This document shows positions 1 to 11,479 of a DNA stretch of 35,970 nt, piece by piece (within the stretch, counting starts at the first letter, position 1; each line of letters begins with the position of its first letter). The notes under the pieces are model-generated. The model saw nothing but the letters and a program-made list of their open reading frames with translations. It did not search any database and had not been told where the DNA came from. The position numbers were made by a program, and so were the translations under genes. Source of the DNA: an uncultured Pirellulales bacterium (GTDB lineage Bacteria; Planctomycetota; Phycisphaerae; Sedimentisphaerales; Anaerobacaceae); the NCBI GenBank assembly GCA_964387515.1, contig CAYLXD010000004.1, forward strand, positions 1 to 35,970. The letters run 5' to 3'.

Positions 1-179
1 GAGACAGCAAGCTTCGCATGTGGCGTGACGGTTTCGCCAACCTGATTTTCCTCTTAAAGAAAAGGGCTATGACTTTGGCCTCACGCTGGAGGAGATAAAA
101 TCTGCAAAGAAGCGGCCGGAAAGGTGTATAATGTTGGCTCCGACGAAGAGATTAACCCCCAGTGAAATTAAGGACTGAA

Positions 180-335
180 TATTTTAGATTCGTGCTCCTT
201 CGACACTTCGGCTATGCTCAGTGCAGGCTTGGCTCCCCGCTTCGCCCGAAATAACAGGGCTTCCGACTTCGCTTGGGCTACGCCGGACAAGTCGCAGGGC
301 AAGCAGGACAAGTTGTGCAGGAATGACACAAAGAA
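180..335. repeat. GC-rich degenerate repeat island in the leader upstream of gmd
   Basis: Imperfect direct repeats are visible: ACTTCG at 205-210 and 266-271; GGACAAGT at 285-292 and 306-313; GCAGG at 223, 294, 303 and 317. The island creates the spurious ORF 214..480 and the 43-codon N-terminal extension of ORF 221..1354. Only one copy occurs in this window, so dispersed-repeat status is unproven. Confidence 0.35.
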
Positions 336-349
336 ATGTGGGAGATATT

Positions 350-2301
<1,952 letters not shown>

Positions 2302-2366
2302 GGGTTTGGTATCAAGAGGACTTAGAGCTGATTGAGCGTTTGGGAAAAAGCGGGACGGATTGCATT

Positions 2367-2894
2367 TTATCGGAGGACAGTGCTTTTCGGGACGTATTTT
2401 CGGGGTTGTTTGATGAACTCGAATAAGCGGAACGCACCAACAAAAGGCCCATCTATTTGATTGGTGCTGGGGTTTTCAACATAATGAGTAGGGTAATAGG
2501 TAACCTTGTAGCGGCGGGCGATCTCGGGCTGTTTATCAACATCAATCAGAATAGGAACAAAATTGGCCTCAACATATTCTTTGACGGAGGGGTTATTGTA
2601 GACTTTTTGCCACATGTCTGAACTAAAGTGTGTAAACTGTTTGGAAAAGCAAAGTAAAGCGGGTTTGTTTTGCTGTTTTGCCAACTCGATGCCGGTGTTG
2701 TAATCTTCAATCCAGGCGATTGGCTCCCTGTGTTCGGTCAAAAAGACAATTACCACGAATATAATGAAGGCCAGAATGACTATCCATAGAGCGCGAGATT
2801 GCTTTTTGGCTGTTGTAGGCTGTGCCTGTTTTGATGTCTGCTCGGTCGAGACATTATGGTTGTCGGCTTGTGCCTGTGCCACAGTGACCTCCAT
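2367..2894 (-). CDS. Membrane-anchored thioredoxin-fold protein lacking the CXXC motif
   Basis: One N-terminal TM helix (ALWIVILAFIIFVVIVFL) is followed by a Thioredoxin_7-like layout: WIEDYNTGIELAKQQNKPALLCF ... FVPILIDVD ... YKVTYYPT. Where WCxxC is expected the sequence reads QFTHFSSDMW. Confidence 0.6.
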   Translation of the reverse strand: MEVTVAQAQADNHNVSTEQTSKQAQPTTAKKQSRALWIVILAFIIFVVIVFLTEHREPIAWIEDYNTGIELAKQQNKPALLCFSKQFTHFSSDMWQKVYNNPSVKEYVEANFVPILIDVDKQPEIARRYKVTYYPTHYVENPSTNQIDGPFVGAFRLFEFIKQPRKYVPKSTVLR

Positions 2895-2977
2895 ATAAGA
2901 TTATTACAGTAAGTATTCATTATAGGTAAAGCCGTTACCCAGTCAAGTTTTACTGCCTATTTTTTTATTGGTCTTAA
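2895..2977. promoter_or_regulatory. AT-rich divergent intergenic region (probable divergent promoters)
   Basis: An 83 bp AT-rich spacer separates the start codons of 2367..2894 (-) and 2978..4522 (+). No confident -35/-10 assignment. Confidence 0.3.
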
Positions 2978-4522
2978 ATGAAGAAAATACCTGAACAGAA
3001 CAAAACTGTGGTGCGTGAGAGCGTGTTGCCGATGTACCTGATTGTTCTGGCGGGGGCAGGGATGCTCTATGTTGTTACCTGTGCGCCGGCTATATTATGG
3101 CAGGATAGTGGACAATTTGTTTATCGAATCTGGCACAATGATATTCAAGGCGAGCGAGGCCTTGCGCTTGCGCATCCGCTGTATATTATGATAGGTATTG
3201 CCGTGAAATATATACCCCTCGGGGAGCTGGCTTACAGGGTCAATCTTATATCGGCGGTATTTGGGGCGGTGACGGTTGCGAATGTGTTTTTACTTTTGCG
3301 GCTGTGGGTCGGCAGAAGTTTGCCGGCGGCAATCGCTGCAATTACATTTGCTCTTTCACACACATTCTGGTTTTACTCAAGTATTGCTGAAACTTATACC
3401 CTGTACACGGCATTACTAACGGGTGAGCTGATAATGCTTTTGCGGTATATGCAAAGCAGCAAGGTTGGCTATCTGTATTGGCTTGGACTTTTGAATGGTC
3501 TGGCGATTGCCGACCATATGTTTGCTTCGATACCGCTTTTGTGTTACGGAGTGTTTTTTGTTATGCTGTTAGTGAAAAAGCGTATCGGCTTTAGGCACTT
3601 GGCAATTGTTGTTTTGTTATGGATAATCGGAGCAGCGCCCTATGAGTATTTGATAATTAAAAACATAATCCAAAGCGGTAACTTTACAGGCACGGTTTTG
3701 TCGGCAGCGTTCGGCAGCGGTTGGCAGAGGGCGGTTCTTAATACTTCTTTGTCGCTGAAGATTGTAAAAGAAAATATTTTGTTTTTATTATTGAATTTTC
3801 CGACACCTAATCTGCTGCTTTTATTTGTGGGGTTCTTCGGGTTATATAAATATTGCTCTCCAAAAGCGTTTTCAAATGTATTTTTGGTGTTGTTAGTTCT
3901 CTTCTTTCTATTTGCATTTCGATACATCGTGCCTGATAGGTACACATTTTTTATGCCGTTTTACTGTATGGTTTCGGTTCTTGTTGGTTTAGGAACGTAT
4001 GTTGTTAATAAGCGAATGAGCAGCAGGGTTTTTGTTTGTCTGGTTTTGATTTTTGCATTTTTGCCTGTACCGGTTTATGCAGCGGCGCCGATTATCGCAG
4101 AGAAGGTTGGACTTAGTATCGGCACAAGAAGGGAAATACCATATCGTAATGGGTACAGGTATTTTCTTTGTCCATGGAAGACCGACTACAAGGGGGCAGA
4201 CAGATTTGCCGATGAGGCGTTGGCGTTGGTTGAAAATAATGCCGTTATATACGCTGACAGCACTGTGGTTTATGTCCTTTTGTATGCCCAACAGGTTGAG
4301 CAAAAGCGGCGTGACGTTAAAATTGTATCGGGCAGTGACAGCAGTGAAGGTGCTCCGGTTTTGAATGAGAATACGGTTGCTGGTTTAATGGCTGATTCGG
4401 CACTTTATGTAATGTCGCCTGTGAAGGGTTATTGTTTGCCTTTTCTTCTTGAGAACTATGATTTTGTTCAGGCAGGGGTGTTATGGCGAGTTGTTGGCAG
4501 AGCAGGTAACAATGGAAAATAA
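2978..4522 (+). CDS. DUF2723 / TMEM260-like GT-C fold membrane glycosyltransferase
   Basis: Polytopic membrane protein. The first loop reads CAPAILWQDSGQFVY ... LALAHPLYIMIG, resembling the DUF2723 signature (fwDsGEf ... HPPGYPL). A soluble C-terminal domain of about 130 aa follows. Confidence 0.65.
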   Translation: MKKIPEQNKTVVRESVLPMYLIVLAGAGMLYVVTCAPAILWQDSGQFVYRIWHNDIQGERGLALAHPLYIMIGIAVKYIPLGELAYRVNLISAVFGAVTVANVFLLLRLWVGRSLPAAIAAITFALSHTFWFYSSIAETYTLYTALLTGELIMLLRYMQSSKVGYLYWLGLLNGLAIADHMFASIPLLCYGVFFVMLLVKKRIGFRHLAIVVLLWIIGAAPYEYLIIKNIIQSGNFTGTVLSAAFGSGWQRAVLNTSLSLKIVKENILFLLLNFPTPNLLLLFVGFFGLYKYCSPKAFSNVFLVLLVLFFLFAFRYIVPDRYTFFMPFYCMVSVLVGLGTYVVNKRMSSRVFVCLVLIFAFLPVPVYAAAPIIAEKVGLSIGTRREIPYRNGYRYFLCPWKTDYKGADRFADEALALVENNAVIYADSTVVYVLLYAQQVEQKRRDVKIVSGSDSSEGAPVLNENTVAGLMADSALYVMSPVKGYCLPFLLENYDFVQAGVLWRVVGRAGNNGK

Positions 4523-4539
4523 ATGAAAGGAGTGTTAAG

Positions 4540-5640
4540 GTGCAGGTACCTCTGTTGGATTTGAAAGCACAGTATGCAGTAATTAAGGGTGAAATTTTAG
4601 CTGCGGTTTCGGAGGTCCTTGAAACTCAGAGATGCATAGGCGGCCCGAAAATCGATGAGCTGGAAGAGAAAATAGCGGCCATAAGTGACTGTAAATTCGC
4701 CGTGGGTGTATCCAGCGGCACCGATGCCATTTTGAATAGCCTGATGAGTCTGGAGATTGGCAGCGGTGATGAAGTTATTACCACGCCTTTTACATTTTTT
4801 TCCACAGTAGGCTGTATTGCCCGTATGGGTGCAAAGCCGGTATTCGTTGATATTGACCCGCAAACTTGCAATATCGACCCGGCGCAGATAGAGACAGCGG
4901 TAACCAATAAGACCAGGGCGATTATGCCGGTCCATTTGTTTGGTCAGATGGCTGATATGGACCCGATTATGGAAATCGCGAATAAGCGTAACCTTGTGGT
5001 TATTGAGGACGCAGCCCAGTCGATTACGAGCACTTATAAAGGCAAAAAGGCCGGCAGTATCGGTGCTGTCGGCTGCTTTAGTTTCTTCCCGAGTAAGAAC
5101 CTCGGCGGCATTGGTGACGGCGGCATGGTGGTTACGAATGACGAACGGCTTTATAAGCGTCTGGTTATGATGCGCAATCACGGCCAGAATCCGAAATATT
5201 ATTATAAGTATGTCGGAGGCAATTTCCGTCTCGACCCGATTCAGGCAGTGGCACTTTTAGTTAAGCTGCCGCATTTGGACAGATGGTCTCAGACCCGGAG
5301 ACGCAACGCGGACTATTACAACAGAAAGTTTGCAGCAACGCCCGTTACGACCCCTTACGTGAATCCGGATTGTGTGAGCATTTATAACCAGTATGTGATT
5401 CGGGTGCCTAAACGTGATGAGGTTGTCGCACACTTAAAGAAAAACAATATCGGTTGTGAGATATATTACCCTTTGCCTATGCATTTGCAGGAGTGTTTTG
5501 CATATTTGGGATATAAGCGGGGTGACCTTCCACAGGCGGAAAAAGCAGCAAATGAGGTTATGGCTATCCCCGTATATCCGGAACTCACCGATGAAATGAA
5601 GGATTATGTTGCTGAGACTATCCTGAAATTTCTGAGATAG
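4540..5640 (+). CDS. DegT/DnrJ/EryC1/StrS-family PLP-dependent sugar aminotransferase
   Basis: GTG start with AAAGGAG at 4526-4532. Motifs: GVSSGTDA, EDAAQS, FSFFPSKNLGGIGDGGMVVTND (PLP lysine in PSK), RNHGQ. The sugar and ring position cannot be assigned from sequence. Confidence 0.9.
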   Translation: MQVPLLDLKAQYAVIKGEILAAVSEVLETQRCIGGPKIDELEEKIAAISDCKFAVGVSSGTDAILNSLMSLEIGSGDEVITTPFTFFSTVGCIARMGAKPVFVDIDPQTCNIDPAQIETAVTNKTRAIMPVHLFGQMADMDPIMEIANKRNLVVIEDAAQSITSTYKGKKAGSIGAVGCFSFFPSKNLGGIGDGGMVVTNDERLYKRLVMMRNHGQNPKYYYKYVGGNFRLDPIQAVALLVKLPHLDRWSQTRRRNADYYNRKFAATPVTTPYVNPDCVSIYNQYVIRVPKRDEVVAHLKKNNIGCEIYYPLPMHLQECFAYLGYKRGDLPQAEKAANEVMAIPVYPELTDEMKDYVAETILKFLR

Positions 5641-5676
5641 CCTGTTATTTATTTTTTCGCTTGGGACTTGAAAACA

Positions 5677-6780
5677 ATGATAAAAATTATCTGTATATGC
5701 GGTGCCAGACCCAATTTTATGAAGATTGCGCCGGTTATGCGGGCGTTTGAGACGGCAGGCAATTTTGAAATACTGCTGGTGCATACAGGCCAGCATTACG
5801 ATGAGAATATGAGCAGGTTGTTTTTCGACGACCTCGGGATTCCAAGGCCGGATATAAATCTGGAGGTGGGCTCAGCCAGCCATGCCATTCAGACGGCCGA
5901 AATTATGAAACGTTTTGAGCCGGTCGTTCTGGATTTTAAGCCGAATTATGTTCTTGTTGTGGGCGACGTCAATAGCACCATTGCGTGCGGCTTAGTAGCG
6001 GTAAAATTAGGAGTGAAGTTAATACATGTCGAGGCTGGGCTACGCAGTTTCGACTGGACTATGCCGGAGGAAATTAACCGCATACTTACCGACCGAATAA
6101 GCGACCTGCTTTTCGTAACGGAGCAATCGGGTCTGGATAACCTTGCCAGGGAAGGAATCGATTCGGACAAGGTGCACTTTGTTGGTAACGTTATGATTGA
6201 CACCCTGATGGCAAATCGTGAAAGAGCAAAAAAATCTGATATACTCAGCAGGCTTGGGCTTAAGGAAAAAGGTTACGCGGCAATTACACTTCACAGGCCG
6301 AGCAATGTCGACGACCTCGATAAGTTCGCTGAGATTATTACCGCGTTTGAAGAAATCCAGAAGGATTTAAAGCTGGTTTTTCCGATGCATCCCCGCGCCC
6401 GAAGTAACATCAAGGGCAGCGAGCTTGAGAGGCGAATTGAAGTGATGCGTAACTTTATTTTGCTTGAGCCGGTGGGCTATCTGGATTTTTTGTGTTTGAT
6501 GAGTAACGCTGCGTTTGTAATGACCGATTCCGGCGGCATACAGGAGGAGACAACGATACTTGGTGTGCCCTGTATGACATTGAGGAAGAATACCGAGCGA
6601 CCGGTCACAATCACCGAAGGAACAAACCGCTTGGTCGATGAAATTAGCTGTGAAGGTATTGTCAAGTGCTACCGCCGGATAAGGCAGAATGGGCAAAAGG
6701 GCGGCAGAGTACCGAGATTCTGGGACGGCAAAGCCGCCGAACGAATCGCAAAGATTATTGCATGCTTACAGACAGACTGA
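5677..6780 (+). CDS. UDP-N-acetylglucosamine 2-epimerase family protein (HTGQHYD subtype, WbpI/archaeal-like)
   Basis: GARPNFMKIAPV, HTGQHYDENMS, HVEAGLRS, DSGGIQEETT. The track starts at TTG 5668; ATG 5677 is preferred. Confidence 0.85.
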   Translation: MIKIICICGARPNFMKIAPVMRAFETAGNFEILLVHTGQHYDENMSRLFFDDLGIPRPDINLEVGSASHAIQTAEIMKRFEPVVLDFKPNYVLVVGDVNSTIACGLVAVKLGVKLIHVEAGLRSFDWTMPEEINRILTDRISDLLFVTEQSGLDNLAREGIDSDKVHFVGNVMIDTLMANRERAKKSDILSRLGLKEKGYAAITLHRPSNVDDLDKFAEIITAFEEIQKDLKLVFPMHPRARSNIKGSELERRIEVMRNFILLEPVGYLDFLCLMSNAAFVMTDSGGIQEETTILGVPCMTLRKNTERPVTITEGTNRLVDEISCEGIVKCYRRIRQNGQKGGRVPRFWDGKAAERIAKIIACLQTD

Positions 6781-6818
6781 TTGAAACTGTTAATAGCATC
6801 ATAATTTAGAAAGATTTT

Positions 6819-8174
6819 ATGCCGCAGATTCGGTTTTTAATATCAAAGATTTTCCGACAAGTGTTTGGTTCACAACTTCGGCGGAATATGAGTTCTGGTG
6901 TCGCCGGAGCTTTAATTAATTTCGTTATTCTGGCTGTTGCCTATCCGATATATTTGCAGTATCTGGGCTATGAAAAGTACGGCGTGTGGCTTGTGTTGGC
7001 AACAGTTTTAGGTTTTGCACAAATGGGCAACCTCAGAATATCAGCTGCGGTAACCAAACTTGTTGCTGAGGAATACGGTCGAGACGACATCAAGGGTATC
7101 CAAAGCTATGTTTCGATGGCACTGATGGTTCTGGGTGTCAGTGGAACGATTGTTTTGTTGGTAATATTGCGTTTTAAGCTGCCGATTATTTCAGCATTCA
7201 AGCTTGAAGCTGAAAATGAATTAATCGTATCTGAGCTTATCCCATACATAGGCCTGCTGGTAATATACGTCTTTTGGGTTCAGACCTTAAATGCCATACT
7301 AATGGGTTTGGGGCGAATGGATCAGGCCAATTATCTTCAGGTAGTCGGCCGGCTTACTGCAACAGCTACAGCAATTGGACTTGTTATGACCGGAATGGGG
7401 ATCAAAAGTCTATTAATTGGAAATGTTATATCATATGTTATACTGCATATCGGCAGTATGTTTTGCATAAGAAGGATAGCCCATATACGTCTTTTGCGAA
7501 TCAGAAACTGGGACAGCAAGCGTCTGGTAAGACTTTTTCAATTCGGAGGAGGAGTCTTTGGCAGCTCTTTAATGCTGATGTTTCTTGATCCCTTTAATAA
7601 ACTGATGTTATCACGTTGGGCTGGTGTGTCTTCGATACCTGTTTACGAGATAGCTTTTAAAAGCGGCATTATGATGCGTGGTCTGATAGAGACCGGTTTT
7701 CGTGCCCTCATTCCAGAGATCAGCAGGATAAGTGCTGCTGCAAATAACATTGCCAGGGAGCGAATTTCAAAACTCAACCGGAAAAGTATGAAGCTCGTTA
7801 TCTTTCTTGGAGGGCCGATATTTGGCATTATATTGGCAGCAGCTACTCCAATATTAAAAGTGTGGTTTGGTGATAATTATTTAGATATGCTTCCTGTGGT
7901 GTTTAGAATAATGTTCATAAGCTCTTTCTTTGGGCTATTAGGCTCTACGCCATATTATATAATCATGGGGTTAGGTCGCGTAAGTCAGTTTATCTTTGTT
8001 GTGATAGTGCAATGTAGTTTGCACGTGGGAATTGTCTTAGGGTTCGTTTTTTTGACAGGCTCTCTTTCAGTACCCTCTGTGGCAATAGCAATCCTGTTAT
8101 CAGCTTTTGTTTCATCAATTCTCATATTTATGAAGGCAAAACGAGCAATAGCAGATATCGATAAAGGAGTATAA
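6819..8174 (+). CDS. wzx: Wzx-type polysaccharide flippase (MOP superfamily)
   Basis: A 451 aa protein with about 12 or more hydrophobic helices. It shows the polysaccharide-biosynthesis-protein layout and sits at the expected position in the locus. Confidence 0.7.
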   Translation: MPQIRFLISKIFRQVFGSQLRRNMSSGVAGALINFVILAVAYPIYLQYLGYEKYGVWLVLATVLGFAQMGNLRISAAVTKLVAEEYGRDDIKGIQSYVSMALMVLGVSGTIVLLVILRFKLPIISAFKLEAENELIVSELIPYIGLLVIYVFWVQTLNAILMGLGRMDQANYLQVVGRLTATATAIGLVMTGMGIKSLLIGNVISYVILHIGSMFCIRRIAHIRLLRIRNWDSKRLVRLFQFGGGVFGSSLMLMFLDPFNKLMLSRWAGVSSIPVYEIAFKSGIMMRGLIETGFRALIPEISRISAAANNIARERISKLNRKSMKLVIFLGGPIFGIILAAATPILKVWFGDNYLDMLPVVFRIMFISSFFGLLGSTPYYIIMGLGRVSQFIFVVIVQCSLHVGIVLGFVFLTGSLSVPSVAIAILLSAFVSSILIFMKAKRAIADIDKGV

Positions 8175-8313
8175 CAGAAACAAGTTTTGTGTTATTGATA
8201 AAGGGAAGCTTGATATGGATTGCGTTAATTCAGATTATGCCAAAATCGAAAAAGACGGCGATGCCACGCGCTTAATATGGGAAATGTCAGTTTAAATTGA
8301 TGGAGAATAGCAA

Positions 8314-9162
8314 ATGCTCAGTAGACTATATCACTATGCGCTTTATCTCAAAGCTATGCAACGTGTCAATATGGCTTTAGGTAGGGCAGCTGCTGTGTCA
8401 CCAAAAAGAAGAATTGATCCCACTAATCCAACATCGTGGGAATTTTCAGGTTTCAGTCAAAATGGTGAGGACGGTATTATCGATTATTTGACAACTAACA
8501 TTAGAGATCCCAATCGCTATTTTATAGAAATAGGGGCTGCTGATGGAATTGAGAACAACTCTGCTTGGCTTGCCATTGCAAAAAAGTTCAGAGGATTGAT
8601 GATTGACGGAAATCCAAAGTCAGTCCAACGGTGTAATCAGTTGATGCCGAGTTTGAATTTATACGTGGAATGCCTTCATCTCTTCATCGACAAGAACAAT
8701 ATTGAGGAACTTATTAAGTTCGCTTTATGTAAAGATCCCGATCTCTTTTCTTTGGATATTGATGGTAATGATTATTATATTGCACAATCCATAATAAACG
8801 CAGGTTTCCGGCCCAAAATATGGGTAGTGGAATATAACTCTGCATTTGGGCCAGTCCAATCTCTAACTATAGCTTACCGTAAAAATTTCAATTGTCGCAA
8901 GGCTCACAAAAGCCAATTGTATTATGGTGTATCTATAGCTGGCTGGAAAACATTCTTTCTGCAGCATGGTTATCAATTCGTTACAGTAGAAAGGAATGGT
9001 GTAAACGCTTTTTTTATTAAGCCGGATCATTTTGATAATATGTTTTGCAAAAATATTAAAGGGTTAGAATTTCAGGAAAATTTCTATCAGGAAAAAATTT
9101 CCAGATTGGCGTGGGAAGGACAATTTGAAATAATTAAACATATGCCTTTTGTGAAAATTTAA
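8314..9162 (+). CDS. Putative FkbM-like methyltransferase-fold protein
   Basis: FSQNGEDGIIDYL ... YFIEIGAADGIENNSAWLA ... GLMIDGNP ... DLFSLDIDGNDYY ... VVEYN. This resembles FkbM/Methyltransf_21-type proteins of LPS clusters. The assignment is from memory of the family pattern only. Confidence 0.4.
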   Translation: MLSRLYHYALYLKAMQRVNMALGRAAAVSPKRRIDPTNPTSWEFSGFSQNGEDGIIDYLTTNIRDPNRYFIEIGAADGIENNSAWLAIAKKFRGLMIDGNPKSVQRCNQLMPSLNLYVECLHLFIDKNNIEELIKFALCKDPDLFSLDIDGNDYYIAQSIINAGFRPKIWVVEYNSAFGPVQSLTIAYRKNFNCRKAHKSQLYYGVSIAGWKTFFLQHGYQFVTVERNGVNAFFIKPDHFDNMFCKNIKGLEFQENFYQEKISRLAWEGQFEIIKHMPFVKI

Positions 9163-9184
9163 ACTTATCTGAAAAGATTTTCTT

Positions 9185-10309
9185 GTGCCTCACATAGATC
9201 AAAAAATGAAATACATTCTCTTTTATGCGGTGTCACTGACTGGATCCCATGGCGGAAAAAATCGGTCAACCCAACTGCTGGAAATTCTTTCGGAATTGGC
9301 AGAAGTGCAGCCTATTTGTCCATCAGGCGGCAGAAGAAAATTGCAGTTTGCTATTTCAGTGAATCTAATCCCGACTCTAATCAAGTGGTCATTGAATTTT
9401 TCGCGAACATACGGTTTAAGAGCAGGCATAGGTTGGGCGATAGCATATATGGCCGGCAGAATGTCTGCCAAGAAGCAAATCGCGAGAGTTGGTAAGCCAT
9501 ATTTGGCAGCAATAGAATATTTTCGATACTTCCCGGATTTAACCCTTTCCAAGAGTACAGATTGCACTGTCATTGGCTTTCCACAGAACATAGATGCTTT
9601 AGCTCATGGCAATTTTGGGAAACAAAGTACACATCTAAGACGACTCAAACATGAAATTTCGATGTATCGCCGGTGCAACGCTGTATTTACGATTTCTCAA
9701 GAAGAAGCATGGTTTTTGCGAAATGCAGGAGTGAACGCTTATTTTTTGCCGTATATACCACCGAAAGATCAAATGACAATTATTGAAAAAGTTGCTCAAC
9801 TGCGTAATAACACAGGTGTACGCCACAATTTATTGTTTGGTACCGCGCGAAATACACCAACGAAATACGGCATGACCTCTTTTCTGAACTATGTACATGA
9901 TAAGAATGTTTCATTTGATCTGCCTGTTATAGTAGCAGGAGCTGGTACGACAGAACAATATGCGTCTTTTGCCAGTGAGAACGTTAAAATTCTTGGAAAA
10001 GTTACAAATGAGACACTCATTGACTTACTTGCCCAAGCTAATACACTAATAGTACCTCAAGAATGGGGCACAGGGGCATTGACCCGTGTTATAGACTGGG
10101 CACTTGCCAGTATTAATATCGTCTGCACCCGACACGCAGCGAGAAGTGTCCCTTATTTTCCAAATATGCATATATGCGACAATATCAGGGATATGATCGA
10201 GTTAATAAACAGTCCGCTGCCCCGATATCAGGGAGTCCAGCAAGTACCTGAAGAATTTAAAGAATCAGTTGAACATGCAAAGAGTTATATCAGCTCGTTC
10301 AAAAAATAA
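9185..10309 (+). CDS. Hypothetical protein, possible GT-B fold glycosyltransferase
   Basis: GTG 9185 or ATG 9206. The C-terminal half (VIVAGAGT ... VKILGKV ... LIVPQEWGTGALTRVIDW) has a GT-B-like beta-alpha pattern. No canonical EX7E motif. Confidence 0.3.
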   Translation: MPHIDQKMKYILFYAVSLTGSHGGKNRSTQLLEILSELAEVQPICPSGGRRKLQFAISVNLIPTLIKWSLNFSRTYGLRAGIGWAIAYMAGRMSAKKQIARVGKPYLAAIEYFRYFPDLTLSKSTDCTVIGFPQNIDALAHGNFGKQSTHLRRLKHEISMYRRCNAVFTISQEEAWFLRNAGVNAYFLPYIPPKDQMTIIEKVAQLRNNTGVRHNLLFGTARNTPTKYGMTSFLNYVHDKNVSFDLPVIVAGAGTTEQYASFASENVKILGKVTNETLIDLLAQANTLIVPQEWGTGALTRVIDWALASINIVCTRHAARSVPYFPNMHICDNIRDMIELINSPLPRYQGVQQVPEEFKESVEHAKSYISSFKK

Positions 10310-10388
10310 ATAAATCAGCTATGGCTGCCCAAATACTTATACAGATGCTATCTATGTCTGCATACATAATTGTGCTGGAGAATATTCT

Positions 10389-11381
10389 ATGAAGAAAGCA
10401 ATCATAACGGGAATAACCTCCCAGGATGGGGCATATCTCAGCGGGTTGTTGATCGGAAAAGGATATGAAGTAATTGGCCTAGTAAGGAGTTCCGGGGATT
10501 CACATTTGAAAGGATTGGCATATCTCGGAATCGAATCCAAGGTTACGATAGAGGTATGTAATCTGCTTGATATTACAAATATTATCAAGGTCATGCAAAA
10601 ATATAATCCAGACGAAGTTTACAATTTGGCGGCACAGAGCTCTGTGGGAATATCATTTACTCAGCCGCTCGGAACAATTGAATTTAATGTGATATCGGTA
10701 CTAAACTTATTAGAAAGCTTAAAAAGATTGAATAATAAAACAAAATTTTACCAGGCTTCAAGCAGCGAGATGTTTGGAAAAGTTGAACATTTGCCGATAA
10801 CAGAGAAAACCGCTATGCATCCGGTAAGTCCCTACGGAATATCGAAAGCGTCCGCCCATTGGATAACAGTTAATTACAGAGAAGCCTTTGGTCTCTTTGC
10901 CTGCTGCGGGATTTTGTTTAATCATGAATCTTTTTTGCGAAGAGATAACTTTTTTGTCAAAAAGGTTATCAAAGAATCCTTAGCAATCGCAGATGGCACA
11001 AAGAAAGTGTTAAGGGTGGGAAATATAGATATCTATAGAGATTTCGGGTATGGGCCGGAGTATACTAAAGCCATGTGGTCAATGCTTCAATTGGACAAGC
11101 CCGATGATTACATAATATGCTCAGGCCGATCAATCTCGTTAAGGTCGATTATCGAACATGTATTCGAAAGACTTGGCATCTCTAAAAAAGCATTAATTGT
11201 CGATAAACAGTTGTATCGGCCAACTGAAATAGTCGATATTTATGGGAACAATGAAAAGGCTAAGACGAAACTAAAGTGGAAATACAATTTAGATTTCTTT
11301 GATGTCTTAGACAACTTACTCGAGGAGGAGGCTGCTGAGCACGGTTCGCGGCTTAACAGCAAGAAGTTTAAATCAGATTAG
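10389..11381 (+). CDS. GDP-mannose 4,6-dehydratase paralogue (divergent)
   Basis: [37 protein letters not shown] (YxxxK), [18 protein letters not shown]. It is clearly homologous to 350..1354, but the RRG loop is altered and the gene lies in AT-rich DNA. GGAGA lies upstream of the ATG. Confidence 0.85.
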   Translation: MKKAIITGITSQDGAYLSGLLIGKGYEVIGLVRSSGDSHLKGLAYLGIESKVTIEVCNLLDITNIIKVMQKYNPDEVYNLAAQSSVGISFTQPLGTIEFNVISVLNLLESLKRLNNKTKFYQASSSEMFGKVEHLPITEKTAMHPVSPYGISKASAHWITVNYREAFGLFACCGILFNHESFLRRDNFFVKKVIKESLAIADGTKKVLRVGNIDIYRDFGYGPEYTKAMWSMLQLDKPDDYIICSGRSISLRSIIEHVFERLGISKKALIVDKQLYRPTEIVDIYGNNEKAKTKLKWKYNLDFFDVLDNLLEEEAAEHGSRLNSKKFKSD

Positions 11382-11479
11382 TACGAGCTTGATTTCTTGG
11401 TTGTTGTTAAAAGGATGCAATTATAGTTTGTGATTAAAAGACTGAGAAAAGGAAGCCGGTTAAAATTTGCAATGGAGCG

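Noticed and set aside
1-175. Protein-like fragments in two + frames (...MWRDGFANLIFLLKK in frame 3 and KGYDFGLTLEEIKSAKKRPE... in frame 2). They suggest the frameshifted 3' end of an upstream gene around the A-rich run near 56-63. A TATAAT also occurs at 127-132.
   Set aside because: Only about 60 codons are visible and no family is recognisable. I cannot distinguish a pseudogene, a sequencing error or chance. The promoter call is unreliable for an unknown lineage.
221-349. A 43-codon N-terminal extension of the gmd ORF, together with ORF 214..480.
   Set aside because: It lies in the GC-rich repeat island and is Arg/Ser/Thr-rich nonsense. The conserved Gmd N-terminus and a GGAGA SD begin at 341-352.
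8215-8295. A 26-codon sORF (MDCVNSDYAKIEKDGDATRLIWEMSV) with AAGGGAAG upstream, in the wzx/FkbM-like intergenic region.
   Set aside because: It is too short to evaluate and has no recognisable motif. It may be a remnant; conservation data would be needed.
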